NCBI RefSeq assembly: GCF_044647545.1
Contig: NZ_CP172818.1
Reading direction: 5' to 3' (one strand)
Source: Escherichia coli
Lineage (GTDB): Bacteria; Pseudomonadota; Gammaproteobacteria; Enterobacterales; Enterobacteriaceae
Length of the DNA: 64,000 nucleotides
A model generated the notes under the pieces. The model was not told the DNA's origin, made no database searches, and saw only the letters and a program-made list of their open reading frames with translations. Made by a program: the position numbers and the translations under genes. Positions 11,690 to 22,653 of this stretch are shown here, piece after piece (positions within the stretch are counted from its first letter, which is position 1; each line of letters opens with the position of its first letter).

Positions 11690-12853
11690 TTACGCCTTCT
11701 TTATATCCTCCATAATTCCAGAGTGGGACATATTTGGGACATTATCACCAAAAATGTCGTCTATTTTCCTCGCATGCTCTGTCAAATGATTAGGCGCAAG
11801 GTGAGCATACCTACGAACCATTTCTATGGACTCCCATCCGCCCATTTCCTGAAGCACTGATAATGGGACGCCTGACTGAATCAGCCAGCTTGCCCAGGTG
11901 TGTCTGAGGTCATGGAAACGGAAATCTTCAATTCCTGCACGACGACAAGCTGATAGCCATGATGTCTTGCTGTCGATGCGCATCTTCCTGACCGCAGGCG
12001 TTGATGTTCCATCTGCTCGCTTAGCCGCCTTGGTATGTACAAACACCCATTTGTGATGCTTGCCTATTTGATCACGCAACACTTTACAGGCGGTATCGTT
12101 CAGCGCCACACCAATGGCGCGGTTTGATTTGCTCTCTTCTGGATTCACCCAGGCAACTCGTCGCTGCATGTCGATTTGTTGCCATTCCAGATTTATGATG
12201 TTCGACTTTCTCAGACCAGTTGCCAGCGCAAACTTGACGACAGATTTCAGTGGTTCGGGGCACTCATCAATAAGGCGTTTTGCTTCCTCCTTTTCCAGCC
12301 ATCTGACTCGCTTGTTTCTGACCGCTGGTATCTTGATGACAGGCGCTTTTTCCAGCCACTTCCAGTCGCGTTCTGCAGCACGGAGAATGGCCTTTATCAT
12401 GGCAAGATGCTTTGCCTTTGTCTGAGTTGATACTGGCTTTGGTTCATAAACAGGCAGTTCTTTACCTTTCCTGATGGCGGCCTGAACTTTCTGTTTCCAT
12501 ATTTCTTTCGTCTTTCTGTTATGCATTCTGCTTACAGCAGAGTAAATCTTTGCCTCCGAGATATCTTTAAGCCTTATACCCTCAAAATGTTCAAGCCAGA
12601 ACTCAATCCGGCTTTTATCTGAATCGAGAGATTTTTTATCAGCTTTTTCCTCAAGCCATCTTAGGCAGGCCTCTTCAAAAGTGACATCAGGTAAATCCCC
12701 TAGCTTTTCTACTCGCCAGAGTTCTGCTTTTCGCTTGTCGTGCAACTCCTGAGCTTGCCGCTTGTCCTTTGTGCCAAGAGATTCCTTAATTCGTTTCCCG
12801 CCCGGGAGCGAATACGAGGCATACCATATTTCATTTCTGCGGAAGAGTGACAT
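11690..12853 (-). CDS. intD: prophage tyrosine integrase
   Basis: 387-aa ORF 15 bp downstream of the tRNA; C-terminal R..HxxR..Y catalytic region ([13 protein letters not shown]). Confidence 0.9.
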   Translation of the reverse strand: MSLFRRNEIWYASYSLPGGKRIKESLGTKDKRQAQELHDKRKAELWRVEKLGDLPDVTFEEACLRWLEEKADKKSLDSDKSRIEFWLEHFEGIRLKDISEAKIYSAVSRMHNRKTKEIWKQKVQAAIRKGKELPVYEPKPVSTQTKAKHLAMIKAILRAAERDWKWLEKAPVIKIPAVRNKRVRWLEKEEAKRLIDECPEPLKSVVKFALATGLRKSNIINLEWQQIDMQRRVAWVNPEESKSNRAIGVALNDTACKVLRDQIGKHHKWVFVHTKAAKRADGTSTPAVRKMRIDSKTSWLSACRRAGIEDFRFHDLRHTWASWLIQSGVPLSVLQEMGGWESIEMVRRYAHLAPNHLTEHARKIDDIFGDNVPNMSHSGIMEDIKKA

Positions 12854-12972
12854 TTTCTTTCCTCTGTTATGCCATCACCCGCGCTCACCTGGACAGTATG
12901 CAGCGGAGACTGAAGCGCCGCAATGCAGGCTTGCCGTGTTGTGAGGTACCCGGATATTATCGTGAGGATGCG

Positions 12973-13311
12973 TCATCGCCATTGCTCCCCAAATACAAAA
13001 CCAATTTCAGCCAGTGCCTCGTCCATTTTTTCGATGAACTCCGGCACCATCTCGTCAAAACTCGCCATGTACTTTTCATCCCGCTCAACCACGACATAAT
13101 GCAGTCCTTCACGCTTCATACGCGGGTCATAGTTGGCAAAGTACCAGGCATCTTTTCGTGTCACCCACATGCTGTACTGCACCTGGGCCATGTAAGCCGA
13201 CTTTATGGCCTCGAAACCACCGAGCCGGAACTTCATGAAATCCCGGGAGGTACGAGTATTGCCGGAAGCGCGGGCTGTATCCGGATGCAGAGTCTTATCC
13301 GTGGAAATCAA
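12973..13311 (-). pseudogene. exoD: lambda exonuclease (Exo) C-terminal fragment
   Basis: 112-aa ORF whose sequence ([50 protein letters not shown]...GFVFGEQWR) corresponds to the C-terminal part of lambda Exo only. Confidence 0.7.
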
Positions 13312-13349
13312 ACGCGCACTACTGGCTGGTTACCAACCTGTATCAGAAC

Positions 13350-13562
13350 ATGCGGGCCAATGCGTTGACTGACGCGGAATTACGGCGCAAGGCTGCCGAT
13401 GAACTGTCCTGTATGACCGCACGAATTAACCGTGGTGAGGCTATACCTGAACCAGTAAAACAACTTCCTGTCATGGGCGGTAGACCTCTAAATCGTGCAC
13501 AGGCTCTGGCGAAGATCGCAGAAATCAAAGCTAAGTTTGGGCTGAAAGGAGCAAGGGTATGA
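13350..13562 (+). pseudogene. peaD: lambda replication protein P C-terminal fragment
   Basis: 70-aa ORF ending ...AEIKAKFGLKGARV, matching the end of lambda P; no N-terminal part present. Confidence 0.6.
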
Positions 13563-13716
13563 CGGGCAAAGAGGCAATTATTCATTACCTGGGGACTCAT
13601 AAGAAATTCTGTGCGCAGGACGTTGCCGCGGTAACAGGCGCAACGGTAATCTGATCTTACCCAGCAATAGTGGACACGCGGCTAAGTGAGTAAACTCTCA
13701 GTCAGAGGTGACTCAC

Positions 13717-14016
13717 ATGACAAAAACAGTATCAACCAGTAAAAAACCCCGTAAACAGCATTCGCCTGAATTTCGCAGTGAAGCCCTGAAGCTTGCTGAA
13801 CGCATCGGTGTTACTGCCGCAGCCCGTGAACTCAGCCTGTATGAATCACAACTCTACAACTGGCGCAGTAAACAGCAAAATCAGCAGACGTCTTCTGAAC
13901 GTGAACTGGAGATGTCTACCGAGATTGCACGTCTCAAACGCCAGCTGGCAGAACGGGATGAAGAGCTGGCTATCCTCCAAAAGGCCGCGACATACTTCGC
14001 GAAGCGCCTGAAATGA
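13717..14016 (+). CDS. insE: IS3 OrfA (transposase N-terminal, helix-turn-helix)
   Basis: 99 aa from [15 protein letters not shown]; recognised IS3 OrfA. Confidence 0.88.
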
Positions 14017-14879
14017 AGTATGTCTTTATTGAAAAACATCAGGCTGAGTTCAGCATCAAAGCAATGTGCCGCGTGCTCCGGGTGGCCCGCAGCGGCTGGT
14101 ATACGTGGTGTCAGCGGCGGACAAGGATAAGCACGCGTCAGCAGTTCCGCCAACACTGCGACAGCGTTGTCCTCGCGGCTTTTACCCGGTCAAAACAGCG
14201 TTACGGTGCCCCACGCCTGACGGATGAACTGCGTGCTCAGGGTTACCCCTTTAACGTAAAAACCGTGGCGGCAAGCCTGCGCCGTCAGGGACTGAGGGCA
14301 AAGGCCTCCCGGAAGTTCAGCCCGGTCAGCTACCGCGCACACGGCCTGCCTGTGTCAGAAAATCTGTTGGAGCAGGATTTTTACGCCAGTGGCCCGAACC
14401 AGAAGTGGGCAGGAGACATCACGTACTTACGTACAGATGAAGGCTGGCTGTATCTGGCAGTGGTCATTGACCTGTGGTCACGTGCCGTTATTGGCTGGTC
14501 AATGTCGCCACGCATGACGGCGCAACTGGCCTGCGATGCCCTGCAGATGGCGCTGTGGCGGCGTAAGAGGCCCCGGAACGTTATCGTTCACACGGACCGT
14601 GGAGGCCAGTACTGTTCAGCAGATTATCAGGCGCAACTGAAGCGGCATAATCTGCGTGGAAGTATGAGCGCAAAAGGTTGCTGCTACGATAATGCCTGCG
14701 TGGAAAGCTTCTTTCATTCGCTGAAAGTGGAATGTATCCATGGAGAACACTTTATCAGCCGGGAAATAATGCGGGCAACGGTGTTTAATTATATCGAATG
14801 TGATTACAATCGGTGGCGGCGGCACAGTTGGTGTGGCGGCCTCAGTCCGGAACAATTTGAAAACAAGAACCTCGCTTAG
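14013..14879 (+). CDS. insF: IS3 OrfB transposase (DDE catalytic domain; normally made as an OrfAB fusion by -1 frameshift)
   Basis: 288-aa ORF overlapping insE; recognised IS3 OrfB. Confidence 0.88.
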
Positions 14880-15189
14880 GCCTGTGTCCATATTACGTGG
14901 GTAGGATCAACCAGCATAAATCAGGCTGCGGCTAAAATGGCACGGGCAGGTCTTCTGGCTATCGAAGGTAAGGTCTGGCGAACGGTGTATTACCGGTTTG
15001 CTACCAGAGAAGAACGGGAAGGAAAGGTGAGCACGAATCTGATTTTTAAGGAGTGTCGCCAGAGTGCCGCGATGAAACGGGTATTGAGGGTATATAAAAG
15101 AACATCAATGGGTACACAATGATGAAACAGGTGAGTTGAGTTCAAACTGTAGTACAATTCTCTCCAGTTTGAACAGGAAAGAATATTCT

Positions 15190-15522
15190 ATGAACCCTTA
15201 TATTTATCTTGGTGGTGCAATACTTGCAGAGGTCATTGGTACAACCTTAATGAAGTTTTCAGAAGGTTTTACACGGTTATGGCCATCTGTTGGTACAATT
15301 ATTTGTTATTGTGCATCATTCTGGTTATTAGCTCAGACGCTGGCTTATATTCCTACAGGGATTGCTTATGCTATCTGGTCAGGAGTCGGTATTGTCCTGA
15401 TTAGCTTACTGTCATGGGGACTTTTCGGCCAACGGCTGGACCTGCCAGCCATTATAGGCATGATGTTGATTTGTGCCGGTGTGTTGGTTATTAATTTATT
15501 GTCACGAAGCACACCACATTAA
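15190..15522 (+). CDS. emrE: small multidrug resistance efflux transporter EmrE
   Basis: 110 aa from MNPYIYLGGAILAEVIGTTLMK, four transmembrane helices, conserved Glu in the first helix. Confidence 0.9.
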   Translation: MNPYIYLGGAILAEVIGTTLMKFSEGFTRLWPSVGTIICYCASFWLLAQTLAYIPTGIAYAIWSGVGIVLISLLSWGLFGQRLDLPAIIGMMLICAGVLVINLLSRSTPH

Positions 15523-15553
15523 AAATAATTTGTTTCTAAACGACTAAAATATG

Positions 15554-15586
15554 GAGGCTCTTATATTTATATGAGCCTCGTTTTAT
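15554..15586 (+). terminator. candidate rho-independent terminator after emrE
   Basis: GAGGCTC / GAGCCTC stem with AT-rich loop followed by GTTTTATGCTTTTT. Confidence 0.45.
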
Positions 15587-15778
15587 GCTTTTTGTTAATG
15601 TCTTTATTTTTTTATGTATTCTTTTGTGCTTTCAAGATTATGGCGTAAGAAAATTGCAATACGATTATTGTTGTATATTCAAGATAATGTGACCTTAATT
15701 GTCTTTTTAAATAAAAATTAAACAAAAATTATATCCCACCACTAAGGTTTATAAAAGCATACGTTAGCAGGTGTCACC

Positions 15779-17305
15779 ATGAAAAAAGCCATAGCATATA
15801 TGCGATTTTCATCACCAGGTCAGATGTCTGGCGACTCATTAAACCGACAGAGAAGACTTATTGCTGAATGGTTAAAGGTAAATAGTGATTATTATCTTGA
15901 TACCATAACATATGAAGATTTAGGATTAAGTGCATTCAAAGGAAAGCATGCACAATCAGGAGCTTTTTCGGAATTTTTAGATGCTATAGAGCATGGTTAT
16001 ATATTGCCAGGAACTACATTGTTAGTTGAAAGTCTGGACAGACTTTCAAGAGAAAAAGTCGGTGAAGCGATTGAACGTCTGAAATTGATTTTGAATCACG
16101 GTATTGATGTTATAACTCTTTGCGACAATACAGTCTATAATATTGACTCTTTGAATGAGCCATATTCATTAATAAAAGCCATACTTATAGCACAAAGGGC
16201 AAATGAAGAAAGCGAGATAAAGTCAAGTCGGGTTAAATTATCATGGAAGAAAAAACGGCAGGATGCACTGGAATCAGGTACGATTATGACGGCGTCTTGT
16301 CCGAGATGGCTCTCCTTAGATGACAAAAGAACGGCTTTTGTTCCAGACCCCGACAGGGTGAAAACTATTGAGCTAATTTTTAAACTCAGGATGGAAAGGC
16401 GCTCATTGAATGCAATAGCCAAGTATTTAAATGATCATGCTGTAAAGAATTTCTCAGGAAAAGAAAGTGCATGGGGACCTTCTGTAATTGAAAAATTATT
16501 AGCGAATAAAGCTCTGATAGGTATATGCGTACCTTCATATCGTGCAAGAGGTAAAGGAATAAGTGAAATCGCTGGCTATTATCCCAGAGTCATATCAGAT
16601 GATTTGTTTTACGCTGTACAGGAAATTCGGTTGGCACCTTTTGGTATTAGCAATAGTAGCAAAAATCCTATGTTGATAAATCTACTTCGAACAGTTATGA
16701 AGTGCGAGGCTTGTGGTAATACCATGATTGTTCATGCGGTATCTGGAAGTTTGCATGGCTATTATGTTTGTCCGATGAGAAGACTGCATCGATGTGACAG
16801 GCCATCAATAAAGAGAGATTTGGTTGATTATAATATCATTAATGAGTTGCTTTTTAATTGTAGTAAAATCCAACCAGTTGAAAACAAGAAAGATGCTAAT
16901 GAAACTTTAGAGTTGAAAATTATTGAGCTCCAGATGAAAATTAATAATTTAATTGCTGCATTATCTGTTGCGCCTGAAGTTACCGCTATAGCAGAAAAAA
17001 TCAGAGTATTAGATAAGGAATTACGAAGGGCTTCTGTATCATTAAAAACTTTGAAGAGTAAAGCGGTGAGTTCACTTGGTGATTTTCATGCTATTGACTT
17101 AACCAGTAAAAATGGGCGAGAGCTATGTCGTACACTTGCCTATAAAACATTCGAAAAAATCATAATCAATACAGATAATAAAACCTGTGATATCTATTTT
17201 ATGAATGGCATTGTTTTTAAACACTATCCTTTAATGAAAACAATATCCGCCCAGCAGGCGATAAGTACTCTCAAATATATGGTTGATGGTGAGGTTTATT
17301 TTTGA
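15779..17305 (+). CDS. ybcK: large serine recombinase family protein
   Basis: 508-aa ORF; N-terminal resolvase-like catalytic motif (AYMRFSSPGQ), central recombinase domain, Cys-rich zinc ribbon (CEACGN...CPMRRLHRCD), C-terminal coiled-coil-like region. Confidence 0.85.
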   Translation: MKKAIAYMRFSSPGQMSGDSLNRQRRLIAEWLKVNSDYYLDTITYEDLGLSAFKGKHAQSGAFSEFLDAIEHGYILPGTTLLVESLDRLSREKVGEAIERLKLILNHGIDVITLCDNTVYNIDSLNEPYSLIKAILIAQRANEESEIKSSRVKLSWKKKRQDALESGTIMTASCPRWLSLDDKRTAFVPDPDRVKTIELIFKLRMERRSLNAIAKYLNDHAVKNFSGKESAWGPSVIEKLLANKALIGICVPSYRARGKGISEIAGYYPRVISDDLFYAVQEIRLAPFGISNSSKNPMLINLLRTVMKCEACGNTMIVHAVSGSLHGYYVCPMRRLHRCDRPSIKRDLVDYNIINELLFNCSKIQPVENKKDANETLELKIIELQMKINNLIAALSVAPEVTAIAEKIRVLDKELRRASVSLKTLKSKAVSSLGDFHAIDLTSKNGRELCRTLAYKTFEKIIINTDNKTCDIYFMNGIVFKHYPLMKTISAQQAISTLKYMVDGEVYF

Positions 17306-17499
17306 GTAATAATCTTTTTTACGTCGTGCTATAGTAAGAAAGTGCAAGACAGAATTAATTATCTTTGACGAAACTTAATGGGTAATTACTTTGTTTGCTC
17401 CCACAAGCGAGTTTTGTACGGCTGTATTGGGGTAGTAAATGAGCTATACAATCTTAATCATTTGTTAGGTGAGAACTCTTGGTCGCAGATTCAAATACT

Positions 17500-17549
17500 G
17501 AAAATACGTGACAAATTATTATGAGCAAAATGGTGTATGTCACGTATTT
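17500..17549. repeat. 13-bp perfect inverted repeat pair (AAAATACGTGACA ... TGTCACGTATTTT) separated by 24 bp
   Basis: Seen directly in the ybcK-ybcL intergenic region. Confidence 0.6.
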
Positions 17550-17762
17550 TGAATGGTAGGTTAAAAAATAACACCGACTTTCGTAGGTATTACTAATAAT
17601 AAAGCAGAGTTTTTAGATAGTATCAATGTGCTTTGTGTATATTGTGGCAAATAATTGGGTTGCTGAGGGGTAGAATGTGATTGCTTTTGCATGAACACTT
17701 TATGCATAATGAGATAAAGGAATATCAAATAAAGAACGATAGGTCATAACAAAGAGGTTTTT

Positions 17763-18312
17763 ATGAAAACACTTATCGTTTCAACTGTATTGGCATTCAT
17801 AACATTTTCTGCGCAGGCTGCAGCATTTCAGGTCACTAGTAATGAAATAAAAACAGGAGAGCAACTTACAACGTCTCATGTCTTTCTCGATTTGGGTGTG
17901 AAGGTGGTAATACATCGCCCTCATTAACCTGGTCTGGTGTTCCTGAAGGTACCAAAAGCTTTGCCGTAACTGTATATGATCCAGATGCACCTACAGGCAG
18001 TGGTTGGTGGCATTGGACTGTTGTTAATATTCCAGCAACAGTAACATATTTTCCGTTGATGCAGGGAGACGTGATGGAACAAAACTGCCGACTGGTGCTG
18101 TTCAAGGCCGAAATGATTTTGGCTATGCTGGGTTTGGTGGCGCATGTCCTCCTAAAGGAGATAAACCACATCATTACCAGTTTAAAGTATGGGCTCTAAA
18201 AACTGAAAAGATTCCTGTAGATTCTAACTCCAGCGGAGCGTTAGTTGGTTATATGCTTAATGCTAATAAAATCGCAACCGCTGAGATAACACCAGTTTAT
18301 GAGATAAAGTAG
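17763..18312 (+). pseudogene. ybcL: periplasmic PEBP/UPF0098 family protein with two frame breaks in this assembly
   Basis: Signal peptide MKTLIVSTVLAFITFSAQA; the protein is recovered across three frames with shifts near 17884 (T-run) and 18054 (C-run); corrected length would be 183 aa. Confidence 0.7.
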
Positions 18313-18321
18313 GGTGAGAGT

Positions 18322-19119
18322 ATGCTGGCAAGAGGTAAGACTAACTTAAAGATCGAAGAAATACGGATGCATAAACATCATGAGATTCATAGGGTTAAGC
18401 CTCTTATGCCAGCTTTGTGTCGTATCCGTCAGGGAAAGAAAGTTATCAATTGGGAGACGCATACTTTAACTGTTGATAATAATCAAATAATATTATTTCC
18501 TTGTGGTTATGAATTTTATATTGAGAATTATCCTGAAGCAGGGCTTTATCTTGCAGAAATGCTTTACTTACCCATTGATTTAATTGAGAGTTTCCAAAAA
18601 CTTTATACGGTAACTGATCAAATACGTAACAAAACAAGTTTCTTTTTACCTCAGAATCCTGAGTTAATATATTGTTGGGAGCAACTAAAAACATCTGTTT
18701 CCCGAGGCTTCTCAACTAAAATTCAGGAGCACTTAGCAATGGGCGTTCTACTTTCGTTAGGAGTGAATCATGTTAATCATTTACTTTTATCATATAGTAA
18801 ACAATCATTGATAAGTCGTTGTTATAACCTGCTGCTATCCGAACCCGGCACAAAATGGACAGCAAACAAGGTTGCTCGATATCTCTACATTTCTGTTTCT
18901 ACATTACATCGCCGTCTAGCAAGCGAGGGGGTAAGTTTCCAAAGTATACTGGACGATGTGAGGTTAAATAATGCGTTGTCTGCTATACAAACGACGGTAA
19001 AACCTATAAGCGAGATTGCCAGAGAAAATGGTTATAAGTGTCCTTCTCGTTTTACTGAAAGATTTCATAATCGTTTTAATATAACACCAAGAGAGATAAG
19101 AAAAGCTTCCAGAGAGTAA
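18322..19119 (+). CDS. ybcM: AraC-family transcriptional regulator
   Basis: 265-aa ORF with C-terminal AraC-type helix-turn-helix. Confidence 0.85.
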
Positions 19120-19235
19120 AAGTGTTTTAAGAAGGAGCAATTCTATCGATTTTGATTTGCGATAATCAACTCGCCATAATCATGTCATCGGAGCCTGAAC
19201 AACTCCGGTGACTTCTGCGCTAAACGGGGACGTTT

Positions 19236-19337
19236 ATGCGCACACACAATCCAAACTCTCTTCTCCCTCCACAGATGCAGAAATGCACCTGCGATATATT
19301 GTATCCAGCGTTTGACCTCTGCGGAGGTGAAGCGTGA
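19236..19337 (+). CDS. ylcH: small prophage ORF (33 aa)
   Basis: Short [36 protein letters not shown] ending 4 bp into ybcN; small size, low certainty. Confidence 0.35.
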   Translation: MRTHNPNSLLPPQMQKCTCDILYPAFDLCGGEA

Positions 19338-19789
19338 ATCTCCCACAAGATGGCATCAAATTACATCGCGGTAACTTCACCGCTATCGGTCGGCAGATCC
19401 AGCCTTATCTGGAGGAGGGCAAATGCTTTCGCATGGTGCTTAAACCGTGGCGTGAGAAACGCAGTCTTTCCCAGAATGCACTCAGCCACATGTGGTACAG
19501 CGAAATCAGTGAATACCTCATCAGCAGGGGTAAAACGTTCGCTACTCCAGCTTGGGTAAAAGATGCTCTCAAACACACATATCTCGGTTATGAAACCAAA
19601 GACCTGGTTGATGTCGTAACCGGTGATATCACCACTATCCAGTCGTTACGCCATACCTCCGATCTTGATACCGGAGAGATGTATGTCTTCCTGTGTAAGG
19701 TTGAAGCCTGGGCGGTGAATATTGGCTGCCACCTGACTATTCCGCAGAGCTGCGAGTTCCAGCTGCTCCGCGACAAGCAGGAGGCGTAA
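19334..19789 (+). CDS. ybcN: NinB-like prophage protein
   Basis: 151-aa ORF with apparent GTG start; position ahead of ninE/rusA in a lambda nin-like region. Confidence 0.8.
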   Translation: MNLPQDGIKLHRGNFTAIGRQIQPYLEEGKCFRMVLKPWREKRSLSQNALSHMWYSEISEYLISRGKTFATPAWVKDALKHTYLGYETKDLVDVVTGDITTIQSLRHTSDLDTGEMYVFLCKVEAWAVNIGCHLTIPQSCEFQLLRDKQEA

Positions 19790-19959
19790 TGGCTACACCG
19801 CTTATTCGTGTCATGAACGGACACATCTACAGAGTACCAGATCGTCGTAAGCGTAAACCGGAGCTGAAGCCTTCCGAAATACCAACACTGCTCGGATATA
19901 CCGCCAGCCTGGTTGATAAAAAATGGTTGCGACTGGCAGCAAGGAGGAATCATGGCTGA
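19789..19959 (+). CDS. ninE: NinE-family prophage protein (56 aa)
   Basis: [26 protein letters not shown]... overlapping ybcN stop; below ORF-track size cutoff. Confidence 0.6.
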   Translation: MATPLIRVMNGHIYRVPDRRKRKPELKPSEIPTLLGYTASLVDKKWLRLAARRNHG

Positions 19960-20242
19960 TTTGAGAAAAGCAGCGCGTAGTCGGGAATGCCAGGTAAGAA
20001 TCCCTGGCGTATGTAATGGCAACCCTGAAACGTCTGTACTGGCACATATCCGGCTGACTGGATTGTGCGGCACCGGTACCAAACCGCCAGACCTGATTGC
20101 CACCATTGCATGTTCTGCCTGCCACGACGAAATCGACCGCCGCACACATTTTGTCGATGCTGCATATGCAAAAGAATGCGCGCTGGAAGGTATGGCGAGA
20201 ACACAGGTTATCTGGCTGAAAGAGGGGGTTATTAAGGCGTGA
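19952..20242 (+). CDS. ybcO: prophage protein YbcO (Cys-rich, 96 aa)
   Basis: 96 aa from [10 protein letters not shown]; conserved nin-region position. Confidence 0.75.
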   Translation: MADLRKAARSRECQVRIPGVCNGNPETSVLAHIRLTGLCGTGTKPPDLIATIACSACHDEIDRRTHFVDAAYAKECALEGMARTQVIWLKEGVIKA

Positions 20243-20601
20243 ATACCTACAGCATCACATTACCCTGGCCTCCGAGCAATAATCGCTATTACCGCCATAA
20301 TCGCGGGCGCACGCACGTCAGCGCAGAGGGGCAGGCATACCGCGATAACGTCGCCCGAATCATTAAAAACGCAATGCTGGATATCGGCCTGGCTATGCCT
20401 GTGAAAATCCGCATTGAGTGCCACATGCCGGATCGCCGTCGCCGTGACCTGGATAATCTGCAAAAAGCCGCTTTTGACGCACTCACTAAAGCAGGTTTCT
20501 GGCTGGATGATGCTCAGGTCGTTGATTACCGCGTTGTGAAGATGCCTGTTACCAAAGGTGGGAGGCTGGAACTGACCATCACCGAAATGGGGAATGAATG
20601 A
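20239..20601 (+). CDS. rusA: Holliday junction resolvase RusA
   Basis: 120-aa [21 protein letters not shown]...; recognised RusA. Confidence 0.9.
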   Translation: MNTYSITLPWPPSNNRYYRHNRGRTHVSAEGQAYRDNVARIIKNAMLDIGLAMPVKIRIECHMPDRRRRDLDNLQKAAFDALTKAGFWLDDAQVVDYRVVKMPVTKGGRLELTITEMGNE

Positions 20602-20738
20602 TGTTTGAGTTTTATATGGCAGAACGTCTTCGCCACCGCTGGGGGCGTCTGCGCTTATATCGTTTCCCCGGTTCTGTTTTGACCGATTACCGAATACTGA
20701 AGAATTACGCCAAAACCCTGACAGGAGCAGGAGTATGA
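20598..20738 (+). CDS. ylcG: small prophage ORF (46 aa)
   Basis: [26 protein letters not shown]... overlapping rusA stop; verified codon by codon. Confidence 0.45.
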   Translation: MMFEFYMAERLRHRWGRLRLYRFPGSVLTDYRILKNYAKTLTGAGV

Positions 20739-20823
20739 AGTCAGAGATAACAATCAACTAATACTGTTTCGTTGATTTTTGCTTGTAATTGGCGTTCTGG
20801 TCTGATTTTTGTGGAGTAAGTTG

Positions 20824-21207
20824 ATGCGTGATATTCAGATGGTTCTTGAGCGTTGGGGAGCGTGGGCGGCTAATAATCATGAAGATGTGACCTGGTCGTC
20901 CATTGCCGCCGGTTTTAAGGGATTAATTACTTCAAAAGTAAAATCTCGCCCACAATGTTGTGACGATGACGCGATGATCATTTGCGGGTGCATGGCCCGT
21001 CTGAAAAAGAACAACAGCGATTTGCATGATTTATTGGTGGACTATTATGTCGGCGGCATGACTTTTATGGCGCTTGCACGTAAGCATGGGCGATCTGATT
21101 GTTGGGTTGGCAGGATGCTTCAGAAAGCTGAGGGCGTAGTGGAGGGTATGCTGATGGTGTTGGATCTCCGATTGGAGATGGATGTCGTTGTTAATAACTC
21201 TAATTAA
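20824..21207 (+). CDS. quuD: Q-family late-gene antiterminator
   Basis: 127 aa from [18 protein letters not shown]; immediately upstream of a hairpin-rich regulatory region. Confidence 0.8.
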   Translation: MRDIQMVLERWGAWAANNHEDVTWSSIAAGFKGLITSKVKSRPQCCDDDAMIICGCMARLKKNNSDLHDLLVDYYVGGMTFMALARKHGRSDCWVGRMLQKAEGVVEGMLMVLDLRLEMDVVVNNSN

Positions 21208-21229
21208 TATGCCAATTGTTTACTAAAAA

Positions 21230-21390
21230 TTATTAAAAATGGGGCGTTGAGACGCCCCCAAAAATAAAGGGTAATATATAACAGAAGGTTTATATAGTTA
21301 GAAGCAAGGTTGTGCTTCTAAAGGAAGTGGCTTGAGGGAGCCACTTATATGTTGGGGAGGCAACGCCTCCCGCAACATATCTTTTTCGTA
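21230..21390 (+). promoter_or_regulatory. late regulatory region downstream of Q (candidate pR'/qut and short-transcript terminator)
   Basis: Several GC hairpins (GGGGCG..CGCCCC; AAGTGGC..GCCACTT; GGGAGGC AAC GCCTCCC followed by ...CTTTTT). Confidence 0.3.
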
Positions 21391-21458
21391 ATCAGATTAG
21401 AACTGGTAAACCAGACCTACAGCAACGATGTCATCAGTGCTTACACCGAGTGCTTTAG

Positions 21459-22653
<1,195 letters not shown>

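Larger units (their letters stand above)
13652..14909 (+). mobile_element. IS3 insertion sequence, 1258 bp
   Basis: Terminal sequences TGATCTTACCCAGC... and ...GTAGGATCA; contains insE and insF. Confidence 0.9.
13559..15122 (+). pseudogene. renD: ren homologue split by the IS3 insertion (N-part 13559..13651, C-part 14910..15122)
   Basis: MTGKEAIIHYLGTH... before IS3 and ...AKMARAGLLAIEGKVWRTVYYRFATREEREGK... after it are collinear with lambda Ren. Confidence 0.7.

Noticed and set aside
12847-13368. 173-aa plus-strand ORF between the integrase and the P fragment
   Set aside because: Overlaps the exonuclease fragment on the opposite strand and crosses the deletion junction; no recognisable family, so the exo remnant is the preferred reading.
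17781-18174. Three overlapping minus-strand ORFs (69-102 aa) across ybcL
   Set aside because: They are reported only because the sense ybcL frame is broken by frame shifts; the sense strand carries a clear signal peptide and PEBP-family sequence.
19588-20145. 185-aa and 112-aa ORFs antisense to ybcN/ninE/ybcO
   Set aside because: Overlap three consecutive sense genes of a conserved lambda nin-like region; no start context or recognisable family.
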